From Naegleria gruberi (Eukaryota): DNA of 64,000 nucleotides. The position numbers and the translations under genes are program-made. The DNA is taken from NCBI GenBank assembly GCA_000004985.1, contig GG738897.1; one strand, given 5' to 3'. Each line of letters begins with the position of its first letter. The first letter of the stretch is position 1. This document shows positions 10,690-21,836 of the stretch, piece after piece. The notes below the pieces were generated by a model that did not search any database, was not told where the DNA came from, and was given only the letters and a program-made list of their open reading frames with translations.

Positions 10690-12440
10690 GAAAGTTCATT
10701 TTCTGAATCAGCAAAGGACCTTCTTATCCAGCAAAGGCCCCTCTCATCCAGCAAGTCACCAACCAATAAAACACCGAATAATGCTTTTTCAGCAAATAAC
10801 TCCTTCTTAATTTCATAAATTACTGATTTAGCAAAGCTTTCTTAATTATCCAAAGATTTGTTCCATTGCAGCAAATTCAATAAAGAAGAATATAAAGTGC
10901 TGATTTATTCTAAACCTGATTATTACGGATTAACAACTTTTATATATTTTGATGTATACATATTATAGTTGCTGTTACTATTAACTTAAGCATTGTGGCT
11001 TCAAGTTGGCAAACTGTAACAACAATCTAAGGACGTGAAAAATATTCAAAAGTGTATTCTTCATAACAAAACATAATCTAAATTAGTATCAACATCTTTA
11101 TTTGAGTTGTTTTATTTGCCATGTGATCCGACTATAAAAGTGACTGTATATGAAGAATCCACCTTAATTTGTAATTTTTTGTTCTGCAACAGCAAATCAA
11201 CGGAAAATATTAATGAAAAGACATCATGTACTAATTTACTATGTTATTTGATGAAATCAAGTGGAGAATGCATAAAACAGATTTTGATACAAGAAAACAC
11301 AATGATGATAATAAAAATATAATTTTATTTAATTATTGAAATAATTCAAGGTGGAAAATCAGCAAGATTTCCGACCTTGAAATTTACCTTGTTGGAAAAT
11401 TCACCATTAGTGAATTTTATTGATGGTTCGATGATGATGACCATTAAGATATTTACCATAATGATCGGAAATGAACTTGTTGATGATATTGATGATAAAA
11501 GATATGATGAAGAGAAAATTCCACAACTCTATGAATACTAAGTGGAAAAATTCCAACTCTCTTGATGGTGATATTAGACATCCCTACTAATGATACTATG
11601 TTGTTGAAATTCTATCATCATGATGAAAATATATGGTGAATGATGAATACACCACCAACAAGGTAAAAACTCAAAATATCCAAAAACTATTATTCGGAGT
11701 GTTGTTGATGATGTATTTGAATAGTACTATTCGAAGAAAGTTTGGAAGATGATGAAGTACATGTTGAGTTATTGCATATGTATAATTTCAAAATATACAT
11801 GAAGCAAACTTGATGAAATGAGAAGATGAATTCCTGCTATTGATACTGGTGATACTATAGAGTATTGCCAACAATCCCTAATTGAAGAAATTCCTAATGA
11901 ACAAGTAAATCTGCTGATGAGGATGATATTATGTGAAATTTGAAATTTCACCCAATAACAAGTACTAACAGAGACTCCACTTGCTTAAATTACTATTAAT
12001 ACAATAATAAATATACTGTGATGATGAACTCCGGCTTAATGATGATGTTTGGAAGTGTGAAATTTCCGATGATAGAAAACCACTATAATTCATTCCGAGA
12101 AGAAGCACCACCATAAAATATTACTATTATTACTATTGGTGAGATGTAGCCCAGCCACTATAATTGAAGTATTCCAAAATGATGATGAGTTGATTGAAAT
12201 AAATACCAGTGATGATGTAGAGGTATTTTTTTTACTTTCTTCAATTGCTAAATGGGAACAATTTCGTGGCTTATTCAGTAAAATTTTGCCAATTTACTGT
12301 TTATTTGCTGATTAAGTATGCGCGGATTCAGTAAAAATGATAAGCACATGGCTTGCTGAAACAGACCATCCTTTGCTGTTTTTTTTGAAAAATTTGCTGA
12401 AAAAGTACTACGCATAGTCAATTAGTTTGAGTTTCTGAAA
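10690..12440. mobile_element. candidate non-autonomous DNA transposon or inverted-repeat-bounded insertion inside an intron of the receptor kinase gene
   Basis: The left flank (10690-10870, + strand) carries about six copies of YTCAGCAAA (atcagcaaaggacc, tccagcaaaggcccc, tccagcaagtcacc, ctttttcagcaaataac, tttagcaaagc, tgcagcaaattc). The right flank (12240-12440) carries the reverse complement TTTGCTG five times (tttgctgaaaaag, tttgctgtttt, cttgctgaaacag, tttgctgattaag, ttgctaaatgg). Shared inverted words include ctttttcagcaaat, cagcaaagga and cagcaaataa. There is no ORF inside, and the core is a GATGATG-rich block. Removing the element would leave an intron of about 50 nt, typical for this locus. 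Confidence 0.4.
11340..12240 (+). repeat. strand-asymmetric GATGATG-rich, C-poor low-complexity block (degenerate (GAT)n-like)
   Basis: More than 20 occurrences of gatgatg/tgatgat on the plus strand within about 900 bp, with almost no C on that strand. No long ORF in any frame. Confidence 0.5.
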
Positions 12441-12450
12441 AAACACTTAC

Positions 12451-13268
12451 AACTTGGTTTCAAGTTCTGAAATTGCTATCCTTCGATATTTACCATTCTT
12501 ATCAATGGATTTGACTCTTTCGTCATCTGTGAAATAAACAGTGTCATCTTTCCCATTCGAAACTACATGAATATTCTTTGGAGATCGAAGAATTATTGAA
12601 TTGGCCTCAACATTATCGTACGATCCATCTAGATATCCATTTCCACCAGCGATTGTTGTCAAAATCTTGCTGCCAATGTCATATTTCTTTATCACGTTAT
12701 TTCCAGAATCTTTTGACATGTTTCAAAGAAATTTAGAAATATTTAACTTACCTGCAATGTAGAGTATGTTATTATTGGAAACATACACTCCCAATGGTTT
12801 GTTGAATGCAAAAGGTAGAGAAGAAACCAAATTCGTCTCAGCAGAAACTAGACGAATCTTATCATTATTCGTGTCAGCAATCCACAAATCACCATTAATC
12901 GCCACACTCAACGAAGAAGGTGAATTAAACAAGGTTTGTTTCACATCATATCCATCCTGATTAAAACCAAGTCCTAACCCTCCAAAAACAATCATACTTT
13001 CGTTTGGAAAAATCTTGAAAATTAATCCTCTCACACAATCAGACACGAAAATTTCATCATTATTTCCAGAGCAGATGCCACATGGAGCTTTTAGAAAGGC
13101 ATGTTTGGCAGTGAATGTTCTGTCAACATCTTGACCATTGCCTTTGTATCCTGTTAGTGTTTGTAGTTGGTAAGTTTCGGCTGCTTTAGTTTGAAAGAAT
13201 TTGTCTGAACTGCTTTGAAAGAGAAGAAACAGTAAACAGAGCAGTATCATCAATGTGTTTAGTTGCAT
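12451..13268 (-). CDS. receptor kinase gene, N-terminal exons (signal peptide plus NHL-type repeats); exons 13268..12752 and 12709..12451
   Basis: ATG at 13268 gives signal peptide MQLNTLMILLCLLFLLFQSSS (the track's 13361 start is TTG). NHL-like repeats follow (IFVSDCVRGLIFK, LWIADTNNDKIRLV, ILYIAG). A 42-nt in-frame intron 12751..12710 (GTAAGT...tcaaaag) removes the TGA that separates the two track ORFs. Exon 2 ends ...ETK + TT|GTAAGT at 12451/12450, and the frame is restored at acceptor attag|AAATGG (exon starts 10650), giving ...ELETK-L-NGIFVSSNNEIW. Confidence 0.5.
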
Positions 13269-13504
13269 TTTTTTGAAAAGTTTCTCCTTGTTGACAATCC
13301 TGACACACATCAAACTCCTCTGATTGAGAGCTAGTTGATGACTTTTAGCATAATCTTGCAATAATAGAAATTCCCCGATTCCAACTAGAATAGTTATAAT
13401 GGAATCTTCAGGAGTTGGAGTTGTGGTTCCAATTTGTGGGTATAAAAATAACTTGGTTTACTACTCAACTGCGTGACAAAAGTTTTTTTTTCAAATTAAT
13501 ACTT

Positions 13505-13578
13505 CCCTTTGTAGTTCAATGGTTAGAACGTGCGACTGATCCACTCGCAAGATTCAGGTTCAACTCCTGGCAGAGGGT
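13505..13578 (+). tRNA. tRNA-like gene (9-nt anticodon loop CTGATCCAC; paralog of 6696..6769)
   Basis: CCCTTTG-TA-GTTC-AATGGTTA-GAAC-G-TGCGA-CTGATCCAC-TCGCA-AGAT-TCAGG-TTCAACT-CCTGG-CAGAGGG-T. All four stems pair. Differences from the paralog sit in the anticodon loop and as compensatory changes in the acceptor stem, which fits a functional gene family rather than a decaying pseudogene. Confidence 0.45.
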
Positions 13579-13844
13579 TCCTGAATTTTGGTCTTCCTAA
13601 GATGCTAGAGACATTAATAAACACCTTTTATTTTGAAGGGTTTTCTATCAGCAATTCCAATATTTGTTCTTCTCCAATGATTCGAATATAAATGTTATTA
13701 GAAACTTGAGCAACCCTCTGACTTGTTCAAGTTCTTGCCAATTACTATGAGTGCCCATTCACCATGTTCAAGCCAACTTCCATACTATCCATTATGTTAA
13801 ATAGACCACCTGCCACCTGTCATCCAAATCAAAAACAAAAAAAA

Positions 13845-14069
13845 ATGGTCAGCATTTACAGATTCTTTATGAATTGTCTTTTACTCTTTATTGGTGTCGT
13901 CTTTCCACCATTTGGTTTCCCACTTGTCATTGGTGAACATGTTCATGATGTCAATACTAGATATAAATATTGGGGATTGAATATTCTCTTGACTATTTGT
14001 TTGTGGCTTCCTGGAGTTATTCACTTCTTGTACTATTGGATTAAATCAGGTCATTTCTGTGCTGATTAA
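13845..14069 (+). CDS. Pmp3/UPF0057-family small membrane proteolipid
   Basis: ATG at 13845 gives a 74-aa protein MVSIYRFFMNCLLLFIGVVFPPFGFPLVIGEHVHDVNTRYKYWGLNILLTICLWLPGVIHFLYYWI. This matches the two-TM Pmp3/RCI2 pattern (LPPLGV...ILLTLLGWIPGIIHA). Confidence 0.6.
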   Translation: MVSIYRFFMNCLLLFIGVVFPPFGFPLVIGEHVHDVNTRYKYWGLNILLTICLWLPGVIHFLYYWIKSGHFCAD

Positions 14070-14299
14070 ATTGTTTAGAATAACGTTTCGAATAAATATT
14101 TCTGTTTGAATTGATGATGAAAAATTGCAAGTATGTGATGACAAGTTAAACGGCTACATATGTTTTGGGTGTTGATTCTAAAAAAGGTCATTTAGTTGGC
14201 GCCATTCTGTGAAATTTTCCTTCACATTCACTTTGCCTTTGTTTCCAATACTGTTTTTCATTCGATAGAAACAATTTACCATTTATTTAATCAAATTTA

Positions 14300-17200
14300 C
14301 TACTTTTTAATGGTCAATGGATCATAATCTGGATTCAATGAGCTTCCACAAGTAGCCACTTTTCCAAAATAGGAAAATTCAGAACTAGCCATTCCAGGAA
14401 TCATCAAATCATCACTTTTTACAACTTGAATCGTATCAACATGGAAAGTTCTCAATATTGTTGATGGTTCTGTCAAACTAAATCTCAACTTTTTGAGTGA
14501 AAATGAACTTGTTGTAAACTCAGAAATTGGAATTCTTACTCGTGCTGTTGTATTGTCAATCTTGTAATTTAAAACGTGCTCCTTCTTTACAATTACTTGT
14601 TTACCGAAAGCAGTTACTGAAATATTGAGTGGTCCATAATTATCTGAAACTCTAACAAAGAATTCGAAATGAGAATAGGCAGCACCGCTCAAACCATTAG
14701 TTCTTTCAAGATAGACATCACCACTTCCCATAATCATCTTGATTGCATTACCACATAATCCTCCTTCTCCATTAACTTCATAGGAAGCATCTCCATTTCC
14801 AGTAACAGTCGAGAATGAATTCAAATTGTCTGTGAAGAAGGCATTTCCAAAAGTTCCGTAATTGACACATGAATCTGTGGCATTGGCTATTGGAGGAGGT
14901 AAGGCACATGTCGAAGTAGTCGAATTACTGCAATATAATTGAGCTCTCAAATGTCCAGTTGGATTTTGAGTGGTTGACAATTTGACAAACATTTGACCTT
15001 TCAATAGAGCTACTTGTTCTTGATAAGATAAATCAAGGAGGAAACGACTGACACCATAAGGGGATATTGGATTATCCAATCCTGGATGGATAATTCTCTC
15101 TTGAGTACCGACAGCTCCAATTCCAACTGAAATTTCAGTGGCGATTAAATTCAAATTGTGGAAAACTGTGAAATCTAAAAGTTTTGCTTTGAAATCCCAA
15201 AATGCAAAGACTTTTCCTGAGCCATTTGAGCCAATGAGGGATGAGTTGACTGCTTTTTGTTGGCAGACTTCTAAATTTCCAACAAATCGATCTTCCTTCA
15301 TTAAGGTATTGTAAACTAATTTGGAAGAAGTTGGATTACCAAATTTAGATGGAGCACAGTTATTGTTTGGACAAGTTGCAACAATTCTAATCAAACCAAC
15401 ACTATGATAATCAGAAAATGGGTAAACATTCTCAAAATCATCTCTTGGCACTCTATTTTGTAACTTGACATATAAATGCTCAGTTGTCTGATTGTAATAT
15501 GCCAATTCATTTGGTGAAACCATGACCTCAGCCAATGAACTTGCCCAAGTCACAGGATACGTATTCGAACTTCCACTTTCTGACCAAGTTATCTTGAAAT
15601 CTGTCTTATTTGGATACTGAATTGCCAACACAATCCAATCATAGTTGACTGCATTTTTCAAGCTGACGGACAAATCTCTCGGAGTTGGATGATCATTTGG
15701 CCATCTCAGTCCATAAAATCCTCTATTAAGCAAGTTATATTGTATTACCCATGTGTTATCATTACCTCCTGGGCTTCCATTGGATGGTCCTTGAATATTT
15801 CTCAATTGGTCAACCACGTACATTCTTGGTGTGATGATATTTGCGTTTTTCAATTCAGGTTGTGCAACTCCTTTGGATGAGGTAGTATTGTATGTTGTAA
15901 ACTCGTTATTTCCGACCCTGAGTTGAACGAACATTTCACCAGTTGCGGGACAACCATAAGCACTCCAATCACTATTCGAAACACAACCAGAAAAGGCGTT
16001 CAATGGATCTTGACCAACAATCCAACCTCCACTTGGAAAACCACTAATACTTCCATCCAAATCTGCCCAAATTCCCATTCTCTGGTTATCATATGGAGTA
16101 TTATTCAAGGCATAGAACTTGTTAGAATTAATAAAGGTCAACCCAAAGAGTTTGTTAACTGCTGATTCCAATTGTTTACGAGAACGATGAGAAACTGCAC
16201 CAGAGGCCTTATATGCATCTGGAATAAAGTTAATAAATGTGCAATTGTAAAGTAATTGAGGACCGTCGTCTTCATAAACTTCGTAACCACGAATGATCAA
16301 CTCATCACTTGCATAGAGTTGAGGACGAGTTCTACCACCAACGTCAACCTTTGATCTGAAACTTGAATCGCCTACATTAGAGGTCTCACCAATCATGATA
16401 GAGTTTCTTGTAATAGTTGGTCCCTTTGGTGCAGTAATTTGTACGTTATTGTCAAATGCCAAAAAGTTTTCCAAATAAAGAACTCCTCCCTTAACCCAAG
16501 CTCCATAATCTCTATTCTTGTAAGCAGTAAAACGGAAGAATGAAGCTGACCCATTCAATGGGTAGTATCCCTCAGTTTCTAATGTACCATCAGAAAGCAA
16601 CATTTCATCAATCCACAATCCAGTAATTGAGCTGTGAGCAACGTTATCTTCGAATGGAGCCATTGCTGTTCTTCTTGGATTGAAATCTTGACCTGCATAG
16701 ATGGTAGCACTCATTCCAACAGGGAAAACTGGGAAAGAGAGCCAGAATCCGAACTTACCACCCACAGCAACGTTTCCAATAAAGGTATTGTTTGGCTTTT
16801 TTATGGTTGACTAAAAAATTGTAAAGAACTTTCAAACTTACATTTGTAATCCAATAGACACTAGCATCACAATCCGATGGAATAATTTGTAATTGATCAG
16901 CATCTCCAACCGGATTCACTTTTACGCCTAAATTATTTCTAAATTCATTTCCAAATTCGGAACCATCTTCCAAATAAAAAGCATGACCTGTAATATTGAA
17001 ACAGATATTGTTTTTCACGAGAATGTTTCTAGAATCATGAATGACGATGCATCTTTGATAACTATTCCAAATGGCATTGTTTGCAATCATGAATTGAGTG
17101 GAAATTTGTTTGCTTGTGTCTTTTAACAAGTGAAGATGTAATCCGTATCTTCCCATTAAACCTAAATATGAATAAACATTTAGATTTAGAGTTGAAATTA

Positions 17201-18172
17201 ACTGGAAATTATTCGAAACTTACCTTTTTGACCAACATTTCTCAACTCAACTCCAACAAACTGAAATTGCTTAACCAATCTAACAATCAAATGAGATCCA
17301 AAACTGGATGCATCACTTGAATCATCTCCCTTAAACACAATTCTTCTGGTCAACAATGCAACTTCTGAAAATGTGTAATCTTTACCAACGTGTGTGAAAT
17401 TTAGCGGACTTTCCAATGTCAATGTCAAACCATCAGCTGAAATTGCCTTAATAGTAGCTTTTTCATTTTGATCTGGAAAAGCAACACCTCTTTGCCAATT
17501 TCTGGAAGTGTCATTCATTATCTTGAAATCAACAACTTCACCATAATCAGTTGAAGTTAGCAAAATGTCATCGCCAACACTCCACATGCCAGTGACAGAT
17601 TCTTTCAATGTGATAGAGCTGGTATTCTTGAGTGCAGTAGCATTAAGACGTGTCCATGCCTTATCATTAATCAATTGTCCAACAACTTGAACAGTGGCAC
17701 CTGTCAAAAATGCAATTCCCTTATTTCCTAAATTAGCATTATCATATGGATCAGTACCAAGTGTATTTTCAGTAGATCTAGGACCATAAAATGTAATGGT
17801 AATCTTCTTATAGATAGGACATGAAGTACTTCCCATAATAAACGAAGCATTTCCTTCAACTCTAATGTGATTGACGTTAATATTCATGAATTTGTTGTCA
17901 AAGATTAAAGATCCACCACTTTGGACTGTGATTGAGCCATACTTGACTGGTGGGGAGGTTTTGATTAATACTTTCTGACCTGAAGTGATTACAATGGCAG
18001 ATTCAGCGACTGTGTAATTAGAAAGTGAACTAAAGTCGACTAAACCTGATTGACCGTAAGGACATGCTTGACCATTGGCAAAACCAAACCAACACGCGCT
18101 AATAACAAGAAGCGATGCTAATAAAGCTAGTAATTTCATTTTTTTTACAATGATAAGCTCTTCAAGTTCCAT
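14300..18172 (-). CDS. secreted G8-domain plus parallel beta-helix (PbH1) repeat protein, CEMIP/TMEM2-like; 3 exons 18172(or 18139)..17224, 17161..16842, 16810(or 16795)..14300
   Basis: Signal peptide MKLLALLASLLVISACWFGFANG. G8-like region (VITSGQKVLIKTSPPVKYGSITVQSGGSLIFDN...NINVNHIRVEGNASF). PbH1-like repeats (NAIWNSYQRCIVIHDSRNILVKNNICFNITGHAFYLEDG). Intron 17223..17162 (GTAAGT...atttag) joins ...NVGQK-G-LMGRYGLHLHL. The second intron has GTAAGT at 16841 with acceptor either tttttag (31 nt) or aaaaag (46 nt). Both choices give an in-frame WITN-(STIKK)PNNTFIGNVAVGGKFGFWLSFPV. Confidence 0.65.
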
Positions 18173-18537
18173 TACTTGCTCTATTTATTTGTTGACTAGT
18201 GACAGATGTTAACTGGATTTTACGTACTGGAAGAGGAACAACTTTTTAGAACTGACCAGTTTGGGGGTTGAACAGAGTTTTTCTTTTGAGTGAACTCCCA
18301 TTGTCAAGCTACCCAACAGTCCAATCAATAATTTTCCATTCCAATAAGACAGTTCTCATTTCGAACTAAATGATTCGAATAAGAGGTTACATGATTTCAC
18401 ACAATTACAATCCTTTTGTAAAGATTTACAGTTTCTAACATTCAACCAATACCCATCTTCGTTTCAATTATCTCTCTAGAGTCCAAACATCCAACCTAAA
18501 CTATTCTAAAACTAATTCCCAAGTTCATTACAAAAAA

Positions 18538-19826
18538 ATGGGACAAACACAACACACTGCCATTCCACCATCCAATTCTTCACCACCACCACCACCAGAA
18601 AATGAACATCACAACATACAACAATTAATTATCAACAACAAGATGAATGGGCCGAAAGAATTTTACTCGTCGGATTGAGAAGAAGTGGAAAGACACTCTT
18701 TCTTCAAACCTTGTGTCCTGATACAGTTTTATATAAAGATTTATTAGAATCTGTGAGTGGGAAAGTATTGCAACATATTCTGAAAGCAATGATGATTCAT
18801 AATGTTGAGGAAAAATTATTAGAATTGATGAAAATTGTGAAAATGTTTGATGAGGATGGAGAGAAAATTTCCAAGAATTTGCAAACTTTTGTTGAATTGT
18901 ACGTGAGAAGTAATTCATTACCTGCTGAGAGACCTATTTCTTTTGTGGAATTATTGTTGGATTTGTGGAAGTTTCGAATATTTGCAGAGTTTTATTATGA
19001 GAATATGGATAGATTTTATTTTAATGAAAATTTGGAATTGTTTGTTGACAAGATGAGAATGCATCGAGAGGATGGAATACTTTTTGATCCACTTCGAATA
19101 ATTTCAAAGGAAACTCTTGGATTTACAGCAGCTGTCAAGAAATTGGATAACAATTCCATTACTATAATTGAAAATAGAGGAACAAGACCTGATACAAATC
19201 TGAATGCCAAAAAGGTATTAGTGTTAACTGTTTCCCTGGTAGATTGCATGATTTCTGTAAAGGATGAAAGCAATTTACTGAACTTGACAACATTCACTTC
19301 ATATCCAAACTCCAAATTCGATTCTGCACTTTCCTTCTTTGAAGATATTGCCAAAAGCAGAGCATTGAAAGATTTCCAACAAAACACTCGTGTCTGTATC
19401 CTCTTTACAAAAGCAGATTTACTAATGAAACGATTGGAAAAATTCGAAACCTTTCCACGACATGAAAAGGAAGAATGTAAAACAATCCAGAGAAATGAAA
19501 TTTCAAATTTGAGAAATTTCTTCATGGAACGAAATGTCATTAATTATGTAGTGAATGAATTTTATGAAATTTTACGGAAATCTGGAATGGAAAGTATTGA
19601 ATTTGATTATCACATTATTAATGCATTGAATGAGGAGGAAGTGAATCGTGCATTTGAACTCATTGTAAAACCACTCAATCAACGAGGAGTTTCGAAACAT
19701 TATCTTTCTCCATGCCTTTACAGACCTTTAGAATACATTCCAATACAATTGTACAATAATCTTAACAATCAATACCTCACTGATGTTGTCATTATTACAA
19801 ATCCATCAAGAAACCAATCATTCTAA
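18538..19826 (+). CDS. divergent heterotrimeric G-protein alpha subunit-like protein (possible pseudo-GTPase); main ORF 18630..19826 with an upstream MG... start ORF out of frame
   Basis: ILLVGLRRSGKTLFLQTL aligns to the Galpha P-loop KLLLLGAGESGKSTIVKQM. IISKETLGFTA aligns to RVKTTGI. VCILFTKADLL aligns to IILFLNKKDLF (NKxD becomes TKAD). The helical-domain insert is present. The DVGGQ switch II position reads IENRG. The MGQTQHT... start at 18538 is in the +1 frame relative to the main ORF, and no GT donor lies in between (see findings). Confidence 0.55.
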
Positions 19827-20314
19827 TTGACAAGCTAATGACAAATACTTCCAAAAAGTTTAGTCTCAACTTTCCAATAATCGACACTAACCAAAACTAA
19901 ACTCAAATCTTCAGAGTCTATTAAAGGAAATTGCAATAAATGAAACTCAACACTTTCCCCAAAAGACATCCAAAGTAAATTACCATCAAATTTAATATGT
20001 GAAATTGTCACAGCAGGAAAGAACCATTGGTGAGTTAATTTGACATTGAGCAGATCAATACTGTTAAATACTCTTCCTTTGTAAAGAGTTGGAGGATGTG
20101 GACAAGTTGCTAGTCGCCATTGAAAAGACACAACCATAAAGTCAACCAACATGCCAAGTGTCAATAATTAAAATAGAAAGGTGCCAGTTACGAAAGCCAT
20201 TTTTACATATTTGAGGTGAAGTGCGAGGTCTGCAAGCCGTTGCGTCATTATCAAACAATTTAACATTCAAAAAAAAAAGATTAATTTCACACGAAACGAA
20301 ACTATTCGAAACCA

Positions 20315-21244
20315 ATGGTCGCTTACTTTGCTTCATTAGCTTCGTTAGATAACAATTTCGAAGATTTACGACCACGTAGACCTACCAAGGTTTCTCCCAG
20401 ATCTTCCACAAGCTCTTCTCCAAGAAATAATGCTGGGGAACATTCGCCAACGAGCCAAGATTCGTCCGACATTCTTCAACTTTCTCCAACAACAAGTATG
20501 ACGAAATTACCAGTAGAAAGGACTCGTTCACATTCGAATAGTGGTAACAGTACCTATTCTTCATCTTCAGTTTCGTCGAGTGGGTCTCAGAGTGTTAGAC
20601 GAAACTCACCATTAGAAAGTCCACAACCTCTGGAAAGGTCGATTCGTGAAATGGCAAGAAATTATGTGATCAATATTGAAAAGTTCCTGTCTACCAATAA
20701 TCATGATGAAAATGAGAGCTTTTCAGAGTTTCTCAAGTCTGAATGTAATTTGGCCCCTTTAGAATTTTATCAGAAAGTAACCGAATTCACGACTAAACCG
20801 GAAAAGAAGGAATTGGCACGTTATTTGATAAAGAATTATATCAAGGAAAGAAGTAATAGTGAAATTAATATTGCAAATAATGTGAGAGAAGTCATTTTGA
20901 AGGAATATAAGGAATGCAAGCACAACAATAGTCAAGTTTCGTCTAATATTTTCGAAAAGGCCTGTAATGAAGTTAAACTGTCGCTCAAGAATGACAGTTT
21001 CACAAGATTTGTTGCCAGTGAACAATTCAGCAAGTTAATTTTGAAGAAATTCAATCAAGCAAACAAATCACTAGATTCGAATAATTCTACAGAAATATTG
21101 GAATCCATTTTCGAATCAATTGGTTCTCTCTCCCCACTTTCCTCTCCTAAATTCTCTGCTCATTCTCATCCTCAAAATATTGTAAACAAATCTTTGGATA
21201 CTATTGCAAACTCTCAAATTATTGTAACTCCTCCAAATGAGTAA
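20315..21244 (+). CDS. RGS (regulator of G-protein signalling) domain protein with S-rich N-terminus
   Basis: ATG at 20315. The C-terminal 130 aa match the RGS fold: SFSEFLKSECNLAPLEFYQKVTEF...ARYLIKNYIKERSNSEINI...FEKACNEVKLSLKNDSFTRFVASEQF. Confidence 0.7.
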   Translation: MVAYFASLASLDNNFEDLRPRRPTKVSPRSSTSSSPRNNAGEHSPTSQDSSDILQLSPTTSMTKLPVERTRSHSNSGNSTYSSSSVSSSGSQSVRRNSPLESPQPLERSIREMARNYVINIEKFLSTNNHDENESFSEFLKSECNLAPLEFYQKVTEFTTKPEKKELARYLIKNYIKERSNSEINIANNVREVILKEYKECKHNNSQVSSNIFEKACNEVKLSLKNDSFTRFVASEQFSKLILKKFNQANKSLDSNNSTEILESIFESIGSLSPLSSPKFSAHSHPQNIVNKSLDTIANSQIIVTPPNE

Positions 21245-21836
21245 TTTACTTTCCAATAAGATTATTAGAATTGATAACAAGATGGAATTATAGAACTATA
21301 GCAATGCGAGTAATTGAAAAAGTGACAGAATTGTTCACTATTTCTAAAATTGTAAACTAATTTTTCAATTAAAATATTTTTGAAATTAATTTTTTTATGG
21401 TTCAATTAATGGTTAATATCTCACAGGTTGAAACTTGAAACAAAGTCTAGAGATATACACTCCAAACCAATTAACAAAGTTGATGAGATTACAAAGATTG
21501 ATCAAATTTGTTTAAGAAATGTGCTAAACGTGGATTAAAGTTCATCTATATCATTACTGTTCACCTTAATAAGACTTGCATGAACATCTCAAATAACAAA
21601 GATTCTTTCTTCCTTACCAAGGCAATTTAAGATCCAATTCTAAGGTTCAGATTCAATCTCTACGAACACTTTTAAAGTCCATTTTAAGGTTGCCACGTTC
21701 CGAAAAACAATTAAAAAAAATCTCATCAACATAAAAAGCCTTAACGTTTTTAAAAAAAACACATCACGAGCCATCACAACAAACCGCCACCTTAAACCTT
21801 AGCCGCTAGAACGATAACAAACAATTCTCAAGAAAA

